Assembly (NCBI GenBank): GCA_051362555.1
Contig: CM120640.1
Location: forward strand, 37,157,967 to 37,221,966
DNA length: 64,000 bases
Source of the DNA: Lingula anatina
Taxonomy: Eukaryota; Animalia; Brachiopoda
Direction: 5' to 3'
Shown here in pieces: positions 13,701 through 24,645 of this stretch. Every line of letters starts with the position of its first letter. The first letter of the stretch is position 1. The notes under the pieces are model-generated. The model saw only the letters and a program-made list of their open reading frames with translations. It made no database searches and had not been told where the DNA came from. A program made the translations under genes and the position numbers.

Positions 13701-14210
13701 CTTTCTTGATGTTGACCACTTTCCCCCTAGGACAGCTAGGGCTGATGGTGGGTATGCCGCCACCTCCCCAGCAAGCAGAGCGAATGTCATCAGCTGGGAA
13801 GAAAACAAACAAAAATCAATTAAAACAAATCAGATATCCCAAGATTTGATTATGAAAGTTACCTTTTTTAGTAAATTGTATAAAGTTCCAGTTTGACTTT
13901 TGCTTGTATTTAGAGTTTTGCTTTAAGTATATATTTTTCTTATTTTTCTCATCCGTATTCAGAAATTAAAATGAAGGGTATAATATTGTCTTGCTTACCA
14001 GCACATATCAGGAAAGTGGTGCATACACAGCTGCCCCTCATTTTTTGATGATAATATTGCTATTTTCAAAGGTAAAATCATGCATTAAGTTATCAGGACA
14101 AAGTGCTCAACAAACATAATATTAAAACACTTACCTTCAACCCAGGATCCTATTGATAGAAGAAACATCATATCCACGAGGCACAGAACATTTTTTAATA
14201 TTCTCACCAT
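9684..14210 (-). CDS. Gene 2: SUEL-lectin + CUB + mucin-like stalk type I membrane protein, ~498 aa, 8 coding exons
   Basis: Exons 14135-14210 (signal peptide MVRILKNVLCLVDMMFLLSIGSWVE), 13690-13793 and 12906-13110 (SUEL-like domain split by a phase-0 intron), 11842-12189 (CUB, GYISSPNYPGPY..CQC..EGFLL), 10847-11395 (VHVKC + poly-Thr stalk), 10378-10428 (51 nt), 10017-10086 (TM VTIIAASVIGSILLIVVVGILV-R), 9684-9777 (short basic tail ...HGHRGCPH*). All GT-AG and in frame. Confidence 0.87.
10671..10720. repeat. (TTTA)n microsatellite
   Basis: Run of ttta/attt units in a gene 2 intron. Confidence 0.85.
12281..12553. mobile_element. MITE, probably PIF/Harbinger (Tourist-like), in a gene 2 intron
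   Basis: About 90-bp imperfect terminal inverted repeats (ttcccaatg..tgtagat..gggactct..aatgcaat..actgaatg versus its reverse complement at ~12462-12553). Flanked by TAA on both sides (12278-12280, 12554-12556). Non-coding, 273 bp. Confidence 0.72.
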
Positions 14211-17200
14211 CTTTGTAGTAATACATGTACATTTGAATTTACTTATTTTGGCTGATGAATACTGATGCTCAGTATATCTCGTATCCAAACTACATTGCTG
14301 TTAAAGGAAGAACACTGTTTGAAACTTCGTTCTCTTCACAATTATCCACACTTGTTCACCTGTACAGTGATTAATCAAACATGATGTAAAGGGTCAACAC
14401 TTACAACCCTTTGCCAGAATATACTGCCAAAACAAAACAAAATAGATCACGAAGACTTTCAGCAGTTTGTTGTCTTTCCTCAGCAATGCTGTCCCGGTGT
14501 AACATGTTGCACTTCATCATCATGCCAATTCAGGGCACCATTCTAAAAAATGGAACTTCCATATATCACATGACAACACGAAAGCACTCCTTAGAAGAAT
14601 CTTTATTATTCCTCCTCTTTGCCAGTATTGTTATGAACTGATGATTAATAAAGATATTTTTTGTGTAAAGTTGCCATTTAAAGTTGGCCCTTCCTGTGTT
14701 TAATAGATGTTCTGAGGCCAGGTGAAGTTGGAATGGGTGTGTCTTCCGTGTTGCAGCTGTTACCATGTGAGGTAGCATGGTTTTACAAGGAAACAACATG
14801 AATGAGAGATTTTAATGAAGATTTTAAAATGGTGAAACTTCCTTTTGGCCACAGTTAATTGTGTGTGTTTATAATTTCACCTGGTTTGATATCTATATAC
14901 ACGTGACCAAAAAAGTTTGGAAACATTGTTATTTTAAATAATAATAAAATCGTATCAGCTAAGGTAAATAATTTAATAAAATATTGATGGATAATGCATT
15001 CACCATTCATTACGTTTTTATATACACTCAAGATTTTCCCACTACAGTGCAAAGTTTAATTTTTATATATTGAAAAACAATTTCATGTTTCTGAACCTTT
15101 TTTTTGGTTTAGTGTATATATGTACATAGGGACACATAGGTTGTTAATACTCAGAATATAATTGGCAGTAACTTGGATGCTTGAACTCAGAACAAGCATG
15201 CTGCACTTAGGCCAGTGACTTTCCAGCTGGTCCAATAACATGTATACATGTATCTCTCTGGCACAAAGTGTGTGACGTACACCATCATATTTTCATCTTG
15301 AATTTTCTAGCATCATGGGAAAAATTATGTGGGAATTCTATAGTTTATGAATTTTAATATCTACCAAAGTAACTTACGTACATATCATCCGTATATTGGT
15401 AGAAAGGTGTATGATAACATTGAAATGTAAGATATGAATATATGAATTTTTTTTTTTTATTTGTCATCCTTCTTATACCCTTTAGGGTGTCGAGGGGAGA
15501 AAGAGTTTTCTGTCTCTGGCGAGCTGGAATGCTTGGTTGAGTGGGATGTTGTTCGATTGCAAGATCTCTCGTACTCTATCTACACACTTCTTTCTCGGGC
15601 ATATATAGTTATTTGACAGTGTAATTGTTCAAAGGATTTTGAATTGACATTAAGATGATGTATTTACAGCAGATTTAAGCTTGGACATAGTTTGCCTTGA
15701 AGTAAGAAAAAAACAGGGACCGAATCATTGATTATTTCTATAATAACTTTGCTCCAAGACAATTGCCTTTAGTTCACACACTGGCAATTATTATTAATTA
15801 CAGCAAAGTATTCTGAGGAATAAATGGTCATGTAACGTATATATTTAAATGAAACTAAATCTTGTTGGCAAGTTAAAATGTTCATCTTAGGCCTATATTA
15901 ATATATATATATATATTAAATTTTTTTTTTTTTTTTTTTGACATTTAATATGAAATGCATTTTTCAGAAATTATGAAAATAGAATTGCACTTTGTTGTGT
16001 GCACTTTGTTTTCAAAAAGTGTCTCCTTGTTACAGATAAAAAAGAACACCTCAAATTTACTTTGTAATTTTATGTAGTATGATTCAGTGAATTTCTTCAG
16101 ATCTAGGTTTGAAAATTGCAACAACCATGATGCTTTAATTTTCAGAGAAATAAAACAATAGGTCTTTCATTTCTTTGTTCAAATTGCATTTATTATGTCG
16201 ACAGAAATACCATTTAGATTGAAATGATGAAAACATTGCATCAAAGCCACTGAAGTGGTCAACCATACCAAGTGAACAAAAGAAAATAATCCACAATTTC
16301 AACATATTAATAAAATGTATCATGACATATCTGCCCCATAGACCATAAACATTTGATTTAGTAGTTTTACAAGGTATATCACATCCATTTTGTTTTTGAA
16401 GAATAAATATTAATGTTTTCTGAATCAGAATTAAAAATACTTTGAGACAAAAGTTGACCTGGTCAGGATGATCAAAGCATTTGAAAAATTCCACTTATAT
16501 TACTGTTTGCAGTAACATCTGTGAAATTCATCCCAGCAGAAGTTTAAATTAATATAATATTTACAACATAAAGTTTCATATCAATGTGACATATTTTAGC
16601 TTTAAGAAATATTGTCCAGAAGGCTAAAATTATTGAAACACTAGAGAAATTTGACAATTGTGTTAGATATCAAACTTGATTTTATGGTTTAAAACGAGCC
16701 ATTATTGAGTTCTGTAATTTGGATAGTATAATGAACCAAAGGCCCTTGGCAACAAGGCAATAGCAACAGCATTATTGACAGAAAATAAGTGATAAATTCT
16801 GCATGTGAATAGAAACTGCCTGTACATAAAGTCAAAACATACATCTCAATACATTGCATTTTGTATCTTGATAACTCTGTCAACAAATTTCACCATGTCT
16901 AACCTCTTGTTAGTCTGCTTTGTAAAGTAACTATAGTATTCACATTATATCACAATGATGCTTGATGGCTGTTATTGAAAGGTAGAACAATATAACAATA
17001 TTACGTTAATTTATTAGCACAAACATATAAGCCTTGTACACAGTACATAATTGTACTACATCATCTCACTTTAAACACACAAATATAAAAAGTATGACTT
17101 TGTGTAACTGTTCTAAAGATTTGGTTCTTGCAAGCAAGAATGCTGCTTTTCAAACTTTTTTCTTATAAATACACAGTGAGTTTTTTTTTATTTTTTCACT

Positions 17201-17476
17201 TTTTTGCATTCATTTGCTTTTACACTATCAGAAGCAATTAACAATAATTATGGAGGTAAGTTATCTTAATTGGTTAAATCATTTTTTCTCCCCTTGTGAT
17301 TTCTCTTCTACTTTAAAGAGGTATAAACATGTTTTTGACATTTGTTCATAGCACTTAAAAACCATACGAATGTCAATGACAGTAATGTCTTTGGAAAAAA
17401 ACACTATATGCAGACTGCCTTTGTATCTTTTTAATGCCTTAAGTGGCATGGTTTTGATTTCCCTCATGTCACTGAC

Positions 17477-17750
17477 TTATTTCCATATGGCATACTTTTT
17501 GTTTTTCTTTTGAGAACTAAAAGAAAAAAATTCTTTATGATCCTTTCATCACATCTTTGGTTGTATTTCCTCATTCTTGTATCACATCTTAGGAGTCTGT
17601 ACACTGGATGTAGTTACACAGGACTAACATCATCTGTAATGGAAAAAACTATGAAATTATTTGTGCAAACATCTCCAATTTTAGGATTTTTGTAAACAGG
17701 AACTGTTGTCTGTACATAATAATTTTGCTGCCTCAGGATTTACTAAGTGG

Positions 17751-17781
<31 letters not shown>

Positions 17782-20700
17782 ATTATTTAATTAGATAATT
17801 AGATTTAATTAGATATAATTCTCTCACAGCATAGAATAAGGGCATTTTAAAACTGCTTTGAACTCCTGAAACTTACCTTCTGAAGACCAGAACTATGACA
17901 ATGACAACAGCTATAAGAATTAAACAGCCAACTACAACTCCAGTTATTATTTGCACTAGAAGAAATCAAAGTAAACTGTTTTAGAAAAAATTGCAAGTAA
18001 ATCCAAAGTTTAAAGGACATTACAGAATTATGAATCATGTTATTTCAACACTGCATTATGCAAAAAAAAAAAAAAAATTAAGATGGATGGCAGTATCTGA
18101 AATGAGACTACTATAGTTTCTTTAAGAACTACTGAAATGATTCATCTATATTGATAAAGAGGCATATTTTTTATAAAAATAATATAAACTGAAAGGTGAG
18201 AATTTTTTAATCTGACTAAAAAAAATATGGTGCTTGTTGACATGAATATCATGCCTAGAATCCAAAATTGAATTAATTAGGGTAGGGGACAGCTCACAGG
18301 GTCACATGATAATGTGACCTCCTGTTATAGGCTCATCAATTTGAATGGAAGATTAGGTTCTGAAGGACAGCAAATGATCACTTCAAAAGAAATTATAAAC
18401 AGATTATGTAAATTTGACATTTTCATTATTATAATGTCATATTTTCTTTATTATAATCTTCACTTACTTTTGTCAATATATCCTGTAACTGAACCACCTT
18501 CTTCTTCTGCTGTCGTGGAATCTTCAGCACTTTCAGAGCTCCCACTGATATTTTTTGTTTTGTCAGCAGATTTAGTTGTTCCAGTTGATATCTCTGGTTC
18601 TGTCTCACCGCTCTTTGAAGGTCCTTCAGTTTTGAATAGATTATTCAGTTCTTTATCTGTGGGTAGCTCTTGTTCTTGTATGATATCTGACTGTTTATAT
18701 GATTTACAGCTTATTGTGACCTCACTGCCTGGTGATGATGCTGAAGTATAGAATTTAAATTTTGGATTTATGAAGAACATTGAAACAAGTTTCAGATAAA
18801 TGCTCCACTGGAATGTTGAATCTGTCTGGAGATAAAATTGATGTATTTGTGAAAGCTTATAATTATTATCTTATGGTATATTTTATAGGAATTGAAAGAG
18901 GTATATATATAAGCCATTTGCATGGTACATAAAAAATATGCTTCCTTTGCAATATAAAATTACTAAGAAAAAGATATGAATAAGTGGTGTGCACAGGAAC
19001 TAGAACTGACCCTGCTGTGTTACAATTAATCCATTAATTAATATGCATGATATATATGTAATAAAATAAATAAGCAGGGCCACGTCCAGAGATTTTTTTT
19101 ATTGACAGTCCTCCAAATTATCTTTTTTGATCCATCCTCCATTTTTTGGCCATCTTTAGAAAAAAAAATCAGATGCATGTCAATGTAAACTTTAAAATAA
19201 AAAGACCCACACCCAAAAGACGGATTCCTTCTGCCCCTGATTAAATATAATACATGGACATTAAATGATTACATAATACTTCTATCCAAAATCCTCTGGC
19301 ATGTCTTTCCCCATTGGTTCTAAAACGGATGTTGTCATGATTCCCATCAACCTCGATCACAAATGGCAGGTATTTAGGCTTAAAGTAGCCACAGTATCGT
19401 AAACCTCCTGCATCAATCATGTCACTTTCACATTTTGCTCCACCAGTTCTGTCATCATCAATCTCAAAATATAGATATTTTAATATAACTCGGCCTGCGC
19501 TAGCCTGTATTTGGCAACCACAGTCTAGGTTTGAAGTGTAATTTTTCTTTGGAAAATTTGGACTCCCTATGAAGCCATGCGTCGCTGTTATAGAGTGTTG
19601 TCTACATATATCTAAAACCTCTTGACCTGTGAAATGGAAATTGTAGAATAAAAAGGGGATTCATTTACTCAAAGCACAGAAACTAGCCAAAATTGTTGCT
19701 ATTTATTCTTTCTTATATGTGTATATTTTGCTTTGTCATACATTATAGTGGAAACTGTATTATAGCACCAAAACAAAATAACAATTATTTGATGATATAT
19801 GTATTTTGAAGTTATTTGATGAAATAAAATCATTTGTAAAGTAAATTTCATACAAGATATTTGGAAAGTTGATTTGACTATACATACAATGACAAAAAAT
19901 AAAAGGAAAAGAGAACTCACTTGGTATACATGTATAGTTCACCTGAAGGTACCAAGCATACCCTTGGCAGTTGGGAAGGAATGGGTTACTAACGGGCAAG
20001 GCACACCTCTGCCTGCCATTACAATTCTGGGACACTTCAGCAGACTCCGTGCAGTGGGAGGTGGAGTCTGAATGGTAGTATTCGTATGAGCACGTGTTAT
20101 TTTTGCGTAGTCTTGGGATACCGTAAAAGGGGGAGAGCACCTTGATTAGGTAGAAGGCTGGGCAGGTGAGCTGGGCTGTGGGAATTCCTTTGATTTGGAA
20201 ACAGCTACTGGTGTTCTTCAGTTGATATTTTGGGTCTGCAGTCAAAAGAAAATTGAGGAGATATTAGAAATACAGGATGGTTATAAAATACGCAAAATAT
20301 GTAAAGTGATAGTTCACAGCAATTTTATTAACTCATTATTTTATTAACTTAAAAACTCATTATGTATCATTTGGAGACAATGGATTAATTACTTGCTATA
20401 TGCTAGTTTCATTTTTAGTCATATTTTCAGTGCATAGGTTCTTATTCAGTTTATGACATTTTATTGTGAAGCTAGTTTTTTAAATGAAACTTTCATTAAA
20501 AAAGTATTGTAACAAAAGGGAATAATGTAACAACAAACAGTGAGTTTGTAAACAGTATTAAAGATATTTATGTTTACATTTATATGTTATGTACATTGGT
20601 TTTTAACAAAAAATGGCACAATCATCATTCACTCAACATGGAAATGGGAATCAAAATTCTTAACGAGCGATTGTTTTCCATTTTTCACCATTAAAGTCAA

Positions 20701-20895
20701 TGCCAAAATTATTGAAGAATTTGTAATGAATTGAATGTTGATTAATTCTATTGAATGCTGTCATGCCATTTGAACAAAAAAGTAATTCAACTAACCTATA
20801 AAATCCTGGCTTTTGCAGACATTTTTCAACAGAAATGTTGATGCCAGAAGTAAAATCCTAGCAGTAATAAGCTGGGTTATTTGAGTCACCAACAT
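17477..20895 (-). CDS. Gene 3: SUEL-lectin + CUB type I membrane protein with a very short tail, ~386 aa, 6 coding exons
   Basis: Exons 20796-20895 (signal peptide MLVTQITQLITARILLLASTFLLKNVCKS), 19921-20235 (SUEL-like, FYGI..CNGRQRC..YLQVNYTCIP), 19273-19626 (CUB, GFIGSPNFP..DCGC..YCG..ARGFW; absent from the ORF track), 18468-18740 (VTISC + S/T/E stalk), 17877-17955 (TM IITGVVVGCLILIAVVIVIVLVF-R), 17477-17516 (SSQKKNKKYAIWK*). The choice of last exon is less certain. Confidence 0.83.
17751..17783. repeat. (TAAA)n microsatellite
   Basis: About 8 taaa units. Confidence 0.85.
19075..19239. mobile_element. Possible degenerate short non-autonomous DNA transposon
   Basis: Ends cagggc...gcccctg form a short inverted pair with a T-run after the left end. 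No TSD is evident and the sequence is decayed. Confidence 0.3.
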
Positions 20896-21837
20896 TTCTG
20901 CTCAGCTCCCACCAGCCGTAGTAAGTAAAACAGTGAACCACACACCCAAGAAGGTTGCCTCAGTGTTTCATTAGTACGTGTTTTTCGTCCATTAGGTAAA
21001 GTTACTTGAGTTGGTTAAGATGTCAATTAGTTAGGAAAAATTGTTGGACACTGGCATGATTTCCTTTCTGTTGCACTGTGCAGTTACTGCTGTTTCCGTG
21101 TCACATGAACAGTACAATGTGTTGCATGCCCCACCCTTTATTAGCCCAGATGGTGTCTTTGGTAAATACTGGAGCAGCCCCTTATGCAAAAGTCCTTCCA
21201 CACAGTGTTCCCATTCAAATGTACAGGCTTATTCTATATGTGTCCCTTTTCCCATACCTGTTTCGTATGTAAACTGCCTTTGTCATATAACCTAAAAAAA
21301 GAATAAAATGTCAAATATTTTATTGAAATTCATTTACATAAACAAATTTGGCTGACTTTGAGGTGGCATTTTCACATTTGACAGTTTATAATGTTATTAT
21401 GAATGATAAAAAGAAAAGAAAACACTGTAGAAGAGACTACCAGGCATAGCTTAATGTGGAGACATTGGCCCTGACTGAGTCAAACTGGGTGGCTATCAAT
21501 TAATCTTCTTGAGCAACACATGATTTCAGGTTTCTGTCTAGCACACTGCTAATTGCAAATTTACAGATAATGGTTTGGTAATTAGAAATATACAGTCAAG
21601 TTAAGTGATTTTCTTCAACATACATGTAGGTCAGCTAACCTAATCTGTGTCTTTAGGGCCAACTTTATTTTCTTTTTGATGTAACAGTTCATAAAATGGA
21701 AAGAGGCAGCTGATACAGTCAAATGTGCATATTCTTACTTGTACTTATATTGGGCTAACTTGCAAAATAGTTGAAAAGTTGGCTCTATGTAATCTTTTAT
21801 TTAAAATGGAAGCATGAAAGCATTTTATTTAATGATA

Positions 21838-22102
21838 GGGGCCATTCATAATGATTTGAGTACTAACTGATCCGCCGACTAAATATGGCCAACCACTCTT
21901 CAAAAGCAATGCTGCCAATTCCCAATTCCATTAAATGGATTAAATCTTGGCTCGGAGGTTTAATTGCTAGGCCCCTGCAGCAATGGCGCGTGTGGAGGCA
22001 GGGATACCATCATGGAATTAGCGGCATCGCTTTTGAAGTAGGGTCAGCCATGTTTTGTCAGCAGATAAGTTAGTACTCAGATCATCTATTCTGAATGGCC
22101 CC
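21838..22102. mobile_element. MITE with long terminal inverted repeats
   Basis: ggggccattca..tgagtactaact..ttcaaaagc.atgc.gc.aattcc (21838-~21922) is inverted at ~22013-22102. Flanked by ATA on both sides (possible 3-bp TSD). 265 bp. Confidence 0.8.
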
Positions 22103-22188
22103 ATACTCATTTTTTTTCTATTTCACCAACTTACAGAAAATTTTGCTTTATTATTATTATTATTGTTGTTGTTGCTTTATTTTATTTC

Positions 22189-22422
22189 GTAACCTCCAAG
22201 GAGGTCATGTTTTCACCTCCCTTTTGTTTGTCTGTCCTTTTGTCACCTACTAACTCATAAAGTTATGGATCAGTTTTGATGCAATTTGCTGGATAGGTCT
22301 GAAATGCAGGCCCTAACTTAAAAGTGATTAGATTTAGGTGATGATCCATTAGTTAATTAATGGTTGATTATTAGTTCATTATATGTTTTGGTGGAGGTCT
22401 GCCTTCTGGGTGATTTTCTAGT
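22189..22422 (+). mobile_element. Non-autonomous Helentron/HINE-like element
   Basis: 5' acctccaaggaggtcatgttttcacc followed by (tgtt/tgtc) microsatellite-like DNA, a 3' inverted subterminal ggtggaggt, and a terminal ttttctagt. This is the layout of HINE/DINE-type elements, recognised by pattern only. Confidence 0.65.
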
Positions 22423-24014
22423 CTTTTGATGTTAAATGTGTTTATACAATTCTTATATGATTTTTAAAGCAAATATCTCTGTAAGGAATTTTTGCCAATT
22501 TATAGTATTCCAGACAAAGTAACTGACCAGGAAATTTACCTATAAATGATCGAGTTTCACTTGACCTTTTGATAAAGCATCATATTTTTAGCACACTTAA
22601 GTTGTTATCATGACACTATTGTAAATGGACCAATTTGGTGTCTTTGGGTTAATATTAGAGGACAGTTTAAGTATAATGTTAATGTTCCTATGCTTTGATG
22701 TTTGTTAAGCTTAAATGAAAATCTTTGCTTCAATTTAAATACATTTTTATAAGTTTGGCAACCAGTACATGCCTTAAATGCCTAGAAATGATTTATGGAG
22801 GACATCATTTTCTCCTTCAATAGTAACCTCACATTGTAGAGCTGGTATGGTTTTGATATAGCATTGGTTTTATATTGCTGGCTCAGCATAGAGAGCCTTA
22901 TATTATGGTGGTCAGTCACATTATGAATACCAGTGCTTGATTTCTGGCCATTTATTGCTTTTAGATGATTGTCAGCATGCACCTTTCTGGTTAAATCCTG
23001 ATTTCTTTGGCTAAGTCACCAAAGTCATTGACTAGAAGTTTTTATTTTTAATTTTTAGTCTTTTAATTGGTGATATATACCCAAACTCTCATAAAATTCA
23101 AGTGAAACAAAAATAGTTTGGCAGTATTACAAAAAAAAAGTTGGATTTTCAACAAATTTTTATTGATTTCCTTTTTTGCGTATATTTAGGTACTGTTTGT
23201 CCCATAGGTGCAAAAAAAATATATTTTTGATTTTGCTGGCATTGCCAGTCTATTTGATTTGAATACATCATTCTTCAGCAGTGATTTGTCATTTTAATAC
23301 TTTTTTGTCAGTTTCCACATATATCTTGACCATAAAATCTCAACCAACTCTTCTCTATTGCAATTAGTCCATTTGTGGTGACATCTCACATTGTCCTTCT
23401 CCAACACAATGAATTGGGTTATGTATGGGATCTTAGCCACAATTTTTAGAAAAGTTGGGACATGATTATGAATATAGAAAGTGTGCATATGTAAGATATA
23501 TATTGATATTTGGTTGAATATGTCTAGCATGGACACAACTTGAAATGGGCATTTAAGTCAGAGGAAAAATTGAGCAGAAGAATTTGCAGATATAAAGTAA
23601 CTGCCAAATCATATTTCAGTTTAGTTAAACTTTGTTATGAGGCTCTCTGTGGACAAAATACAAGGTAGTTTCAAATCATTAAATAATTTTTTTTTCAGAA
23701 GTTACCACATGTGTTTTAGTATCACAAGTACTTTTATATCTTTATCCACATAACAGCCAAACCAAATGACCCTTTCTATTGAACTCTGCAGGTACGTTCT
23801 GTATTTTGGAAATGCGAGCATATTTTGAAGTGTATAGTGATAAAAGACATGTTTAAAAAGATGAAAATTTTCTTGGAAAATTTAACACCCAATTTTAAAC
23901 GCCAAATTATATTACATTCAAATTTTTTTTTTTTTTGCTGAAAAGACCCAATCATTTTGGCCCTGTATTAAATAGGGAAGCCACAAATTTCAAATGTAAT
24001 ATGGTCTGTCAGCT

Positions 24015-24016
<2 letters not shown>

Positions 24017-24062
<46 letters not shown>
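24017..24062. repeat. (CA)n microsatellite
   Basis: About 23 perfect AC units. Confidence 0.95.
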
Positions 24063-24065
<3 letters not shown>

Positions 24066-24645
24066 CCCCCCCTCAAGAAAAAAAAACTCACTTTATCAGA
24101 TAATATATTGATTTATCTCATTTACATTTTTATTATTCAGCAATGTTTTGAATCTCAAGTGCTAAGTCATTTTTATTGTATACAAATGAAATGTGGATTA
24201 TGGTGTTTGAGAACATCTCCTTCATCATCAAACTACTCATATTTTAACATTCATTTCTTTTGTATTTTCACATTTTGTCTCTGTTCTCAAATTGAAATTG
24301 CACTTCCACCAATCATGATAGAAGTGCCTTTTCTTTTCCAGTATCAATTCAAGAATATGCCAATATTCTTACTTTTGTTCTTATATATATATCCATGATG
24401 CAAGATTATATTTCTCCTCTTCACTAATTCAGACTAATGAATATCTACTGATATCAATTGTCTGAGGAGATTTTTGCCAGCTGCAGAATGAGTAATGTAT
24501 GCATTTTGATCCCCTGAGGCCATCTTTCAATTTACCCGCAGAAAAAAAGTCTTTGTTTATTTTTGTATATTGTATCAGTATTGCTGGGGTACAGCTTCAT
24601 GGGTGCATTTGAGTCCCAGTGCCAAGAATGCTGCTTATTAATATG

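Noticed and set aside
21885-22073. 62-aa ORF inside the MITE
   Set aside because: No transposase motifs; a chance ORF in GC-richer repeat DNA.
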